From: Vermamoeba vermiformis
Taxonomy: Eukaryota
Reading direction: 5' to 3'
Length of the DNA: 64,000 bases
NCBI GenBank assembly: GCA_045837725.1
Contig: JBEWZL010000011.1
Location: 434,001 to 498,000, forward strand
In this document: in pieces, positions 38,628 through 51,400 of the stretch
Layout: every line of letters starts with the position of its first letter
How positions within the stretch are numbered: position 1 is the first letter of the stretch
Made by a program: the position numbers and the translations under genes
Notes under the pieces: model-generated
Told to the model about the DNA's origin: nothing
Databases searched by the model: none
Seen by the model: only the letters and a program-made list of their open reading frames with translations

Positions 38628-41600
38628 CTATTTGACCTTCTTTTTTGTACTAGCTGTAGCATTTTTCAGGCTGAACGAAAACAGGGCATCCGCTTCTTTC
38701 TGCTTTTTTTCTTCCTATACAAAGAGGCATTAGAACATTCTACGTAAAGATTCGGAATATTGTGATTACGCCCGAATTACTGCGAGCAAATCCAAAAAAG
38801 TGCATAAAATACATCTTTAAGTAATTAATTCCATATTTAGGCATACCTCTGTATATTCCTTCTCACTCTCTTTAAACCAGATTTCATGCTCTTTCTTATC
38901 TTTACTTAGATCGTGTACCTCTGTGGATATGATCTTCGGTCGCGGAGATTTTTCCACCGGCGATACGCTCTTTGCCAAATTAGTAAAATTTCAAGATAAT
39001 CCTAAAATAGGCTCTGTGCTTACCTTTTTAAACCTCTTTACATTTCTGGACTGAGGCGTGGCCAATAACGACTGATTAGTGTTGTTTGTACCGGGATCCG
39101 TTGCACCAGCATCCGCGGTCTTGTTAGCTTTATCCTGCTTATCATCACTTTCATCAAAACTATTTGCCAACGATCCGCTTCTCTTTCGCTTCGTGCCTTG
39201 CTTTTGATCGTTGCCGGACTCCACTTGGTGGTTAGTATTGCTCGCTAGAACAGCGTTGACGTCGTTGGAGTCCAAGTCCATTTTGTCCTCGTTCGCATCC
39301 TCATCCTTGATCACGCGTTTACGTTGGGATTGCGGATCTTTATGGAGATCAGGGTCTTCTTGGTGAACACTATTATCGGACTTATCAGCGCTACTACTCG
39401 GGTGCGACGAGGTCGTGCCTTTAGCGGTGGACAAAGAGATCTTCTTGGATGACGCTGACCGAGCCGTTGACAGCGACAACTTGGGTCGTTTGTTGCTCGT
39501 GCTACTGTCGTTAACAGCTTCAGTCTGTTTGTTCTCGTCGCTGCTCAACTCCTTCGAGCTGGTCTTCGCTGACTCTTTCTTTTTGGCGTTCGTTTTTTCG
39601 GCTGCAACACGCTTCTTTTCAGCTTCTTCAGCGGCCTTTTTCTTCTCTTCAGCTTGCTTTCGTTTCTTTTCTTCTTCGGCCTTTTGTTTCTTTTCTTCGG
39701 CCAGCCGTTTCTCTTCTTCTTCGGCAGCCTTTTTCTTCTCTTCAGCCTTTTGCTTCTTTTCCTCTTCAGCGAGCCGTTTCTTTTCCTCTTCCTGTTTCTT
39801 TTTCTCTTCAGCGGCAGCCTTTTTCTTCTCTTCGGCCAGTCGTTTCTTTTCTTCTGCGACGCGTTTCTTTTCCTCTTCAGCTTTGGCCTTTTCTTCCGCC
39901 TGTCGCTTTTCCTCTTCGGCAACTTTCTTTTTCTCCTCTGCTTGTTTCTTTTTCTTGTCTTCAGCAGCTTTTTCAACAGTCTTCTTGATAGTTTTGCTCG
40001 GCTTCTCATCCGCTGACTTCTCATCGAGGTTTATCGTGACAGGCGCACTTGGCGTTGATCGCTTAAACATGTCTTTAATGGTCTTAGCGGGGGCCTTCTT
40101 CGGTGATAACTCGCTGCTCTTAGGCTCGACTTCTTTTGTATTTTTCTTCTCGTCAACAACCTTTTTGGCCGAGGGCTTTGGCTCGGGAATCGTGAACGCC
40201 TCTATTATCAAAAAAGGTCAATAAACGTTTTCGATATAAACCTAGCACGTACCTTTCGGAGGCGGCAATGGATTACAGTATTTTTCGAGAGAGCTGTACA
40301 GAACTGAGAACCCGATCTCGTCTTCTGAAATGAGTTGAAACTCAAAGTCCTGCAGCATCTTAACCTTCTGTTCGACTACCATCTTCTCGTCTTTGCCTAC
40401 GAATAAAGTTAAGATATGCTTTTAGGGTTGCACGTGACACGTACTTAAAGTGCTCAAAAAGTCTGCGGGATCGATGAAGCACGCAGTCCTATTCTTCAGT
40501 AAATAATCGACTGTGAAGGGCTCGGTCTTTTCAGCCACTTGTGCCGCTGATTTTTTCTTCTTCGGACTCTTCGTGACCTCGTGTTCTTGAAATGATTTGA
40601 CCGTAGTGCCACCTGCTGTTTCGACGATTCGGTATGCCTTAAGATACTACAAAATGGGCTTAATAAAGTTTATATAATATAAAGGTGTGTAGTAGATACG
40701 TACCTGCTTCTCTGTCATAAAAATAAACGTCTTGCCACTGAACAATGTCCTCCTCTTTGGATCAGGTTTGAACTGATGCAGGCTGCATTCATCTTCTTTC
40801 AAAGGCGGCAAATACCTTGAATACTATTATTACTCGAGTCTTAACATTGCCTTATACGTACTTTGCTGCGTCAGGTAATGGTGCAACTAAGCCATCGTTT
40901 TTGGCTTCGACGTCAAGCAGCCATTGCGGTGTAATGACGTGAATGCAGTCAGTCAGTGCTAATAGGACTTTAGAGGTGACTTCTAACTCGGTCATCACTA
41001 AATGAGTGATTTTTGTGGGCACGTAATCATTGTACACGTGCGCACCTAAAAAAAGTTGGATCAGGCTTAAAGTTATTCGAAGGTTTCGATAGACTCGTGG
41101 TAAAGATAATATATATGTGGCATTATAAGTTTGAGTTATACTTACCAATTTTCATTAAAGTGTTTTGTACAGAGGCCTTGATCTCGGGTTTGACATTCGA
41201 AAAACAAATATCAATTGGCTGGTATTTCACTTTCAGTTGACTATTGTTGACTCCAAAGACTATAATATCGCCTTCTTTAAGTATAATCTCCTTATCTACC
41301 TCGCAGCGGACTCTGCAAAAATGCGCGATCAGGATCCGTTACATACTCTTGGTCGATATTCTATAGAAATAACTTACCTATTTACAAATGTACCGAACTT
41401 TGATTTGTCGATAACGGTTAATTTCGCAAGGCTGTTAGCGTCGGATGGGTTTTTTAAGGGTGACACAAGTAGTTCTGCATGTAGGCGCGATACAGATTTA
41501 TCGTTGATTAAAATATCGCAATCTATAATAAATATGATGATTATGCAATCGAATACAATAAACTCTAATTTTTAAATAATTATTAGAATATTGATTTTGT

Positions 41601-41790
41601 CAAATCTGTTTCAAAACGTTAGTATATTATAATAACTTACCTTTCCTTCCTAGCGTATATTTTTTTGATTTATGTAGCAGAAAATGTGGCCCTTCTATTC
41701 AATTTAAATGAGAAAACCGAGTTGCAATCCAGATGTTCGCGATCTCTTACCTTCTTGTCCATGTTCATTTAATGATATTAATATCCACAT
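38628..41790 (-). CDS. NBN: Nibrin / Nbs1 (MRN complex)
   Basis: MWIL start, FHA (YTLGRK, DKSVSRLHA, DKSKFGTFVN), BRCT (ITHLVM...KVLLAL...VITPQWL), second BRCT (RRTLFSGKTFIF), Mre11-binding NVKRFKK, C-terminal ATM-binding-like EADALF. Confidence 0.9.
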
Positions 41791-42971
41791 TATTTACAGT
41801 CGCATTTGATATGCTAGTTTTGTTATGTTGTTTTCAAATTTCTAAAACAAAAAATGGCGGCATGTTTTTACCTTGCTCGATCACGCTACCACAAGAAAAG
41901 CGCGCTTTTCCGCACAACATGAATCGCTACTGTCATAATTGTGACAACTAAAATAGCTCAGGTACCTAAAATAGCTCCTCGTGTGGTGCGATCCCAGAGA
42001 CAAAACCGTGCACCTAATTTTACATTTTTTTGAAAAGCTTTCATATGATTACTTTTAACATGTTCAACGTTATTCATTAGATGAGCTTATTTACTGCAGT
42101 GATTCAAATTTCACGTTAGAAGCGTAAGTTGTCGGAGTTACCCTGATCTGCGTAATTCGGTAACACGTGAACGAGACACGAGGCGCGCTTTATTTGATAG
42201 ACTGTCCAATCAAATTTAAAATTTTAATTGCAAGTGGCATTATGGTCCTTTCCCACCGGGCACCGAATTTTCATTTCTGTCTCTTGCCCATGTTTGGCTT
42301 TGTTTCAAGACCTCATACGCCAGATATAGGCCTCCTATTCACACACATTCATTGCCATGTTGCCATCTTACATTTATTTAACGCAGATCCAGCCACCATA
42401 TGGAATTCTGACTTCTCATTCCAATTCTGATTATTTTCGTTTTTCTGTCTAATGAACGGATCCGCGCAGTGATTATTAACTAACCTCGTAGTACTAGTGC
42501 TGTCGTCAAAGTGTCACTGTGTAACTATATTTAAATCGCTGGTGGCGTGTGCAATATCAATATTTTATAAACTATGTATCGGTGGCACTAGGACAACTAA
42601 ACTTGACCATTTACCCGACACGACCAGTAAATCTAGGGCTTTCAATGATTTACCTCGGAACCCGTAAAAATTGTTACGGATGCGATCTTCTCCGGTTTTG
42701 CAAGCTTGGTGGCAATTAGCTATCGATCGATCGTGCCAGTCCATGATACTCGGGCCTAAGTTGCGCCGTGAAGCTAATCTCAAAGTGGAGGTTTATCCTA
42801 ATTTGGTTCGCACCATAAACGCTTAATCACACAAAAAACTCTGTCACCCTTTTTTGAATTACATAATTATTGTTTGCTGACTTGATGCCAACACCTCTTG
42901 TCACATTAAATTAAAGCGATTCTTTGTTGATCGTTTACCTTTATATCTTATTTATTATATATTTTATATTG

Positions 42972-43844
42972 ATGTCCGTAGAAATTGGCGACAATCTGCC
43001 GTTCTACCTACGCTTGCTTCATCCCGTGATATTAACTTGCGGAATCCCAGCGCACGATATTAGAGTTATTGATATATGCAGCGGACAAGGAGATTTGGTT
43101 TTTCTTTTAATGGACTACTTTAATCTAGTAGGCGCAAACGATCCCAGCCCTAATGCCGCAACACCAAACAAATATGCCCTGAACGACGATAATTTGTGGA
43201 ATATGATTCATGGACGATACAACGCAATTATAACACGAGTAAATGGAGAACCTGAAGTGGCTCACGTCGCATCGAAATTAAATCAACCAAATTCACCAGT
43301 ATTAGCTGCATTCTTGGTGCCAGCTACTACACGTCCCTTTCTGAGGTGCAAGGCGATAGAAGTCGAAGTGACAGGTTTCCGACTGAAGTGGCAGCTGTTA
43401 TTTCCCAATCCTCAATTTAAGCTTAAATTAGACATCCGCAACGTAACTTTACATCCCGAGGTCTTAGCAGCAAGTAGCAGCTTTGACTTGCTTGTCAAGT
43501 ATAAGATGAAGCTGGAACAAATTCATATATACAGAAAGACTAGGAGATTTTCCGTAAAAGAAGAGGAAGAAGGCGACGGATTGCTGGACACGGGAGAGAG
43601 CTTGTTCTATAGAGAAGCCAAGATATTAAAATCACTTACGGAGAGCAACACCTTCAAACACTCGAAGAAGAAATTTATTGCGCTGCTCTGTAATGGGTCT
43701 TATCGGGCAGTGCAGCGGAAGATCAGAATTGCAACGTTAGCTAACGCGATGCCAGAACTAAAGAAGATGAACCTACGAGAAGCCGAAGAAAGGCTAAAGT
43801 TCGTTTTTAAATCCGAACAAACCAACCTGAATTTCGACGACTGA
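42972..43844 (+). CDS. Intronless ORF (about 290 aa) with a class I SAM-binding-like motif; function unknown
   Basis: Long open frame containing VIDICSGQGDL followed by VGANDPSP and RYNAIIT. The start could instead be a spliced exon (GTCCGTAG acceptor). Confidence 0.5.
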   Translation: MSVEIGDNLPFYLRLLHPVILTCGIPAHDIRVIDICSGQGDLVFLLMDYFNLVGANDPSPNAATPNKYALNDDNLWNMIHGRYNAIITRVNGEPEVAHVASKLNQPNSPVLAAFLVPATTRPFLRCKAIEVEVTGFRLKWQLLFPNPQFKLKLDIRNVTLHPEVLAASSSFDLLVKYKMKLEQIHIYRKTRRFSVKEEEEGDGLLDTGESLFYREAKILKSLTESNTFKHSKKKFIALLCNGSYRAVQRKIRIATLANAMPELKKMNLREAEERLKFVFKSEQTNLNFDD

Positions 43845-44462
43845 AAAGTCTAACGAAGATCGAATCCTTTGGCAAATTTTGTGAATAGTGCTGGCCGATT
43901 GCCGCTCGAGCAGCATTATTGTAAAACAAATGCGGCGCATGTAAAAATTGTATACTGCCATCCCATCTCGCAGATAGCGGATTTCATATTGCGGATTAGC
44001 TATTTTACGACACTTTTCGCGGGCTGAATAGCACAAAAGCTGAACCATATTCATCCGCAACAGGCGGATTAGGATACGGATTGTAATTCTAAATCTTAAC
44101 ATTTCGTTAAAAGAATCTGGATGTAAATGAAAAGCAACGCTTATAATATCGATCGATCGGATTGCTAGGCGATTGGCGTTCCTGCAAGTTTGGATTGTAC
44201 ACAGATACCTTCTTTTGCCATCTTGCCAACACACGGATTCTTTTTGCGATATGCAATCTTATTACAACTTGCACGCGGATGTAATGATTTGGAGTCAGAT
44301 CCACGTTGCGGTTGTATTAAAGTGCGTAATACAATGACACAATACGGATGCGGCCCGTTTTTGGATTGATCCAAGTAATCAAAAAAATCTCCGGCGTGAG
44401 ACGCTAATTTCCATTTTTATCCACACAGCCAAATAAAGATGCAAACACTCATCGTTATCGAA

Positions 44463-46379
44463 TCAAAGCCTATTTACATTATCATTTACATTCATTAGTT
44501 TCTGTTTGCTCATGTTTGGAGCGTCAATTCCGTCTTCGAGCGGGACGTCGCATCCCTCAACTATAATATCGACATGTTGCTGTCGCGACTGAGCTGGCGG
44601 TGGTGCCTTACGTGGCGTCATAAGCGGTTCTAGCGATATAGTCGAGTTATAGTCTCGCCACCTATAATAGTAAAATTAGAAATGTGACTCAAAGTTAAGT
44701 ACACGCAGTTTGAACTGGAACTAAAGTTCAAAAAGTTGCAATGCAAAGGGTAATCATGTAATCAATAATCAAACAGCAGCGGATCAACAACCAATAACTA
44801 AAACGGGTAATTTTACTTTGTCGGCGTCAGTGGGCTTTTATTGCAATCCAGCAAATAGCACGATTAAACACGTAAATCCATAATAGCATATTTAGCTTAT
44901 ATTCAATGCATTGAATGCCGGCAACGAACTATTGTTATCGAGCGAGTTTTGATTCGACTTCTTAAAAAGTCAAAGATCTAAAGTTGGATCGGCTGGAGAC
45001 CGCACATTAATTCGGAAACTGACACCGACCATTATTTGACATATATGATTGTATTTATGATGGCCTTAGAGCGCTAGCTAATCGCCTGGCCGAAAGGTGT
45101 CGCGTAAGAGTTTTTATTCCGCCCCGTAATGACGTAATGCCAACATAATCATGATTCTTATCTAAATAGCGCATTGATCCGTCCGATGCGAGCAAAGGAA
45201 AAATTTGTAATCGCAATTAATAAGGACGGTCATACACGAAATGTCTCAAAGTGCCAGCAATATAAATAGACCTTCGCAAATCCACCAAAAATGAAATCCG
45301 AAAATCTAATCTTGATCTTAAATAAAATTTCCGTAGTATTTTTTGTTTTGCGTTGAAATAAATATGATTGCCTCGATCTGATCAGAAGAACCGAGGAAGG
45401 TGTCATGAATCGTGCGTTACTGTTATTTAATAGTTTTAAACGCGCATTCCATATTAAGATCGACGTTGATTTGATTTTAGGAGGAAAATGCGGTTTAAAC
45501 CGGATGCAGAATATTCAGCACAATTTCCGTGGCGTGCATTGTCCTTCTACCTCACAAATATGGCAATGGGAAGTCAAGCTTACCTTAAGTAATGTCGCCA
45601 TATGACTAATCCAACTAACCCAGCTGCAGCGACGAGCATGAATGAGATAAGCACGATCGTACCGGTCTCCCACGATTTCGTTCCTTTTATGACTACGAAC
45701 GCGGCTATAGCCATCAATACGGCCTAAAAGATAAACTAGCGTTAATATTGATTTAAATGCGTTACGGAAGTGGATTTGAATTTATCGGTACGAAAATTCA
45801 GGTAAATAATGTGATAGTGGAATTCAACAATAAATTAGGCAAATATCGTTATATTAAACCATGTGATGACGTTTAAAATTACTTACGAGAATGCTCATTG
45901 CAACTTCAAAGTAGATTACGAGCGATCTCCTTGAACACGCAGTAGCCCACGAAAAATTAAACCTTTATCGCACAAAAATTAATGCCTAGTGATATACAAT
46001 GATTTGCACGAGAAATGATGGCACCACAAATGAATAAATACGAGATTTTTTTGTGCTCTAAAAATATTTGCTTGGATAAATACAGAATAATTATTAAACT
46101 GCTAATAATATTCCAAAAATTACTAGTGTGTATTGTAACTACTAACCTCCTAGCTTTTCGAATTTTAAACGGCTTTTTACATATTTCACAATTTGCCGTA
46201 CGATCGTTTGTTTTTTCTTGCAGCCACCTCTGTAGACAATCCATATGCATATATCCTAGCCCTCCTTGGCAATCACACACTCTATATACAGCGCCTTCAT
46301 TGTCCAAACAAATACGACAACTGATTTCTTCTTTTTGATCGCCTGATGCGATCTTTTCCATGGACTGCGTCCTTTTCAT
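44463..46379 (-). CDS. MARCH-type RING-CH E3 ligase with two TM helices
   Basis: CRICLD...VCDCQGGLGYMHMDCLQRWL...CEICK (C4HC3). Two hydrophobic segments. Last exon WRDYNSTI joins in phase across a 922-nt intron (44662-45583). Confidence 0.82.
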
Positions 46380-46666
46380 TATCTGTATTATAACTACCGA
46401 TAAATAAATAATAGCAGTTATAAAATTTCTGTCAGAGTTGAGTAGTGGTGCTCATTTACTTCATTTCAAATAATTCGGTTATTTTCGCGCGTGCGTGGAG
46501 TTTAAGGAGCCACTTGGGTTTGGCTTACAATATCATATTATACTGGTATTATGCAATAATCGCATCGGTACGTGACCAGCGTATCACAAACGCGTAGGTA
46601 GCTCTCGGTGCCATTATTTTTTATTTTACAATTAGTAGTTTGCAACAAAGACCACAATTTGAAACT

Positions 46667-48006
46667 ATGGAACAACGATCAGCTATTGTAAATGAGCTTG
46701 AGAGCTTGCTTGCTCAGTTCAAGAACGGGCTTTACACCGATTACAACGTTGCTCAACAGATGTTGCAAACATGCCAGCAATTGACCTTGTCGTTCTCTTC
46801 TAATTCTATGGGCGTAAGTTATATTAATCATCGCACGATACAAAAATAAAATCAAAATAAATAATATTTACTGGAAATTTAAATTAATGCGCGGGCTTGC
46901 GTTTGATTTTTTATCGTGATCAACGCTGAATATCAGTTTATTGAATTTTTGTGCTAATTTCTATTATATTTATTGAAACTAGTTTCAGTTTGGATCGGAG
47001 TTTACACCAACAAAGGATGTGCCCGCCCGCTTCAAAAGGGGTCGCCCGAATCCTGTTTCCGACTCAGACGAATCGAGCTCATTAAGCGACAGCGAAAGTG
47101 AGGACTCGTCGGCCGAAGAAGCCAAACCGATTGCCAAGAAGAAGAAGCCGATCGCCAAGAAATCCGTCTTTGGTGGTGACGGTGGATCCGAAGAAAGTGA
47201 TTCAGGCTCATCTTCTGATAGCGAAGAAGAGGTCAAGCGCATGCCTAAAAAAGCTCTTCGAAAGAAAAAAGATCCAAACGCGCCTAAAAGACCTATGTCA
47301 GCGTACATGTTGTTTTCCATGGAGAAACGAGGTCCCTATCGAGAAGCGCATCCTGATGCTTCGATGATGGACATTGCTAGAGCACTTGGTGTCATGTGGA
47401 AGGATTCATCTGACGCTGAAAAGAAGGTACGTGAGCAACTGTTTTATGGTCAGATCATCGCAGCTGATCCGTTTCGAATTCATTCTGCTGCATAATATAC
47501 ACGCAATACGATCACTTTATTAAGATTTTGTTTTAGATTTATCAAGATAAGGCTCTGCAAGAAAAACTCCGTTACGAGGAAGAGATGCGTCAGTACAATG
47601 CAAAGGTACGCGATTAATTTTATCATATTAATGTTCAAAGTGTTCTAATATAACTCACTAATATTACTAGAATGCTGAGACCGCCGGATCCACCCCTTTT
47701 TTGGGCGAATCTCCTCTTAAAGTAGCGAAGAAAGAAGAGAAGGAGCCGGCGAAGAGGCCAGCGTCAGCTTTCATGCTTTTTGTACGAGAAAAGCGCGAAG
47801 AAACGAAGGCTAAGCATCCTGAGTTGAGTTTTGGTGATCTAACAAAACAGTTGGCTGTCATGTGGAAAGAACTGTCCGAAGAGGATAAAAAGGTAAGTAC
47901 TAATATACGTATTATAATATGACTATAATGCGTATAATATAACATATTTTATAAGCGTACTAATCGATTTTGAATTTAGGCTTGGACGGACAAAGCTGCT
48001 ATGTAA
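46667..48006 (+). CDS. Double HMG-box protein
   Basis: KDPNAPKRPMSAYMLFSMEKR...HPDASMMDIARALGVMWK and PAKRPASAFMLFVREKR...HPELSFGDLTKQLAVMWKELSEEDK, after a Ser/acidic/Lys-rich region. Confidence 0.9.
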
Positions 48007-48443
48007 ACAAAAAACTTAAAATTCTAACGTCTGTTTATTTAAGAATAAATGGTGAATTATAATAGTTCCTTTTTATGCAGCTCAAACAAAATGTCAGTTT
48101 GCCGAGCACGGCTGAAATACATCAAGCACGTGCTCTGGCTCCTCAGCAAAATAAATTTTCTCCGCGACCGAACATTAAATTTCTCGAGCGTATTATCGTG
48201 ACACTAGCTCTGGCACATACGAGGTATCGTATTTAGTTGCATATAAATACTAGTTTACGCGAACCGAAAATAGCTATTTTGGTTAAGAATTTAAATTCAA
48301 ATTGCATCATTCAAGTCAAAACAACTTATTTTATTTAAAAGTAATTTTAAATAATACTTATAATAGTATATTTACCATTGAATGGTTGCTCTTCGATTCA
48401 GTTTTAGAAATTTTAAAATTAATTATTTTATCTTTTAGGCAAA

Positions 48444-51400
48444 ATGCAAGGCAGCTATTTTTCTTCGTTTAATGTTAGTAGTGCTATCACCTCTCGGCCA
48501 GACAGTGATTCAAAATATTCATCTTCTTTGGATGTACCGACTGGATCACCTCTCCAGCCGTTACCTTACATCGCAGAAAAAGAACAGTTTGGATTAAGAA
48601 AACCTAATAATAATCAACGTCGATTGTCATCTATTGAAGAGGACTATATAAGCTCATCAGACGAGCCAAACAGATCGGACTCGAGAAAAGATCTGCCAAT
48701 CTTCGATTCATTAGACGATATCAACTCGATTATAACGACTGCAAATTTAAAACATTTCAGCCTGAAGCTAATCGAAGATAAGACGCTGAACGAATTAAGA
48801 TCTGCCTTGCAAAAAGAAGAGGAATCCGATGTGTCATGTTATATGACAAGCATTCCCGTGAACAATAATAGTGTCAAAATTGGAAATAGTGAATCAAAAA
48901 GGTATTCAGACCCGAGTATACTCAGCGAGGGTTCAAAAGACCCAAAAAATAAGTCGAAGAGGAAAAGCACTCAGATCAAGAATCGCTCAGGCAGCCTGTA
49001 TATCGAAGGGGGATTGAATATGAGTGGTCACGCATATAGAGAAGGTGATTTATCAGGTTCAGAGAGTGAGTCGAGCGAGTCAAGCGAAGAAACTCAGATC
49101 CACTTTCAAATTGACAAAGATCTGACCTCGTTTGAGCAACAAAAGGCTTGTATTGCCAAATTAACGAGTCTAAGCGAGCAATTAGCACTTAATACCGAGA
49201 AATTATTGCAAAATTCGTCTTTGCAAAGTGAACAAGTGAAAGAAATCACAAAAGCCTTAAACGGACTCGTACGTAATAATCGAAATATCTTTCGAGGGCC
49301 TTCTAACGTTTATCTTTTCTTAGAAAAAAGAGCTTCAGTCAGTTGCTGCGGAGAGTAAAAACATTAAGATTGATTTGGGCAATCCACGTGACTGGAACGC
49401 TGAGTACCAAAAAGTGTTGGAACAACCAGCCACTACAATCGAACAAAAACTACAAAAATATCAATCTATTGCTTCATTAGCACAAGACTTCGAATATACA
49501 GGCAAGTTGTGTTTGACGCTGCAGATGTGACACGTGTCACCCAAATTTTCTGACTGACATTTCGTTTTAGCCCAACTGTACGGCAAAATTATCATCACCG
49601 AAGTGTTCTTGAAGAACAAATTCAGAACAATAAGACCGTTCGCAGAAGTGGGAGGAAATGCAGGAGGTGAAAAGTTCATCTACAACGGTATCTTGTTCAA
49701 GTTTGCAGTCGATTGGAAAGGTATCTATGGCAGTGATCATGCTGCTATGAAGGTACGGCCGTCGCTATTATCGAGGAACTTCAATCTTTATAATATCTTT
49801 TGCTAGGCTGCCAAGCACGAGCTGTTAGGATTGATGGCCATTCACGATGCAAATATCGAAGGAATCTGCACGCCTCTAATGTGCTTGGTACGCACGACTC
49901 TCTATAAATTATTCTTTTCCCTAACAATCGATACAGATCGACTACTTAGGCTTCAGATTGATTGCTATCTCGTTGTTACCTGACATTTCGAAGTCGACAC
50001 TCATCTACGGCTCGGATAGCGCAGGATTGTGAGTGCTTCCATCTCATTATATATAATGCTAATGATTAATTTTCTTGATTAGGACCGTAAAGGCATCTAA
50101 CGCGGATTTTAATAAAAAGATGGAGCAGCTAGGCAAAAAATTGAACTTGGCCGAACATGTCGCAGGAAGAAATGTGCTTCAAACACAAAAGATATGGATG
50201 CCCGTTGATGTCGAAGGTCATTTATCCAAAGACGGACGATTCTACTTGTTAGACACAGCTCGATTAATGCCCCCGACTTATCCTGACGACTCAATTCGAG
50301 GCTGCTATTTGATTCGTCTATTTAGACCTGAGTACGTTCGACGATATTCTCAGCCTTTGAGCTCAGGTTAGTTATAACCATTAGCATCAATCTGGCGAAT
50401 GAGACTAACCGTTGTTGAGTAGATGCTTGCAGCGTATGTTTCGACTTGCACGAGCCAAACAGAGCTCAGCACAAGGCTCACATCAAAGCAGCTACGCAAG
50501 AACTAGTTAGAAAGTTCATTCCGAGCATTGTCGTATGGCGAGAGAAGCACGCTGAAGTGTTGGAAGTGCCTATCTCGGATGTTATTGGATACTTGCACGC
50601 ATTCGGAGTCAACTTGAGGTAAGAGGCACTCTCTTTAGAAGGCGCAGGCTCAAATTGACTCGTGTAGGTACTTACCCGCTGTTCGTCGTGCAACGACTTC
50701 AGGCAGTTTGAAACTATTGCTACTTTTGGAAATGGTTGCACGTGGCATTAAAAACCATTTACTTCACTTGCTACGAGAGGCCAAGAGGACTTTAGGGTAC
50801 GTCCAACTTCTGAAAGATACCGCATGGTACGCTTTTGACACGTGTCAAACAGGTCTATGAGCGAACAATCCTACCGTGAGTTGCTGGCTACAGCCTGCAA
50901 CAAATACCTCGGTGAAATGAACGAGAAGAGCACCAATGACACGTGGGATCAATTACGTGCCAGGCTTCGTACGACATTCGTGGACTTCCCAGATGATGAC
51001 GAGCTGCATAATGACTTGATGGAAGCGCCTGTCAAGTATCAATTGGCCATTGAACAGGGCATATGTCCTACCATCAAGTGGCGAGAGCCTTTAATTGCCC
51101 CTATGCAAGCTTGGGCTTGTAAAACTTGCGGCATTGAAGTAAGTGGCATCAAAAAAAAACGGTTCAAAACAGCACTAATTGAATTACAACAGGAAATTTG
51201 TGGCGTTTGCATCAAAAAGTGCCACAAAGGCCACGAGTCTGGTCGTTGCAGTATTTCATCGGGATTCGTGTGCTCGTGCACTACAAAGTGTTCGCATTGC
51301 GAGTTCAGTAAAAGCGACGTCGACTACAGCAAGGACTTGGACGGCAGTTTGGTGCATCCATTGCGGTACATCATTACCAAGATGGGTATGAAGAAGCTTT

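Noticed and set aside
39415-40224. 269-aa Phe/Ser-rich plus-strand ORF and overlapping ORFs
   Set aside because: Antisense and alternate-frame shadows of the E/K repeat in NBS1.
43794-44374. Overlapping minus-strand ORFs of 65-146 aa
   Set aside because: No recognisable motifs or consistent splice structure.
44662-45583. Unusually long last intron of the MARCH gene as a hidden mobile element
   Set aside because: No convincing TIR, TSD or coding remnant found by eye.
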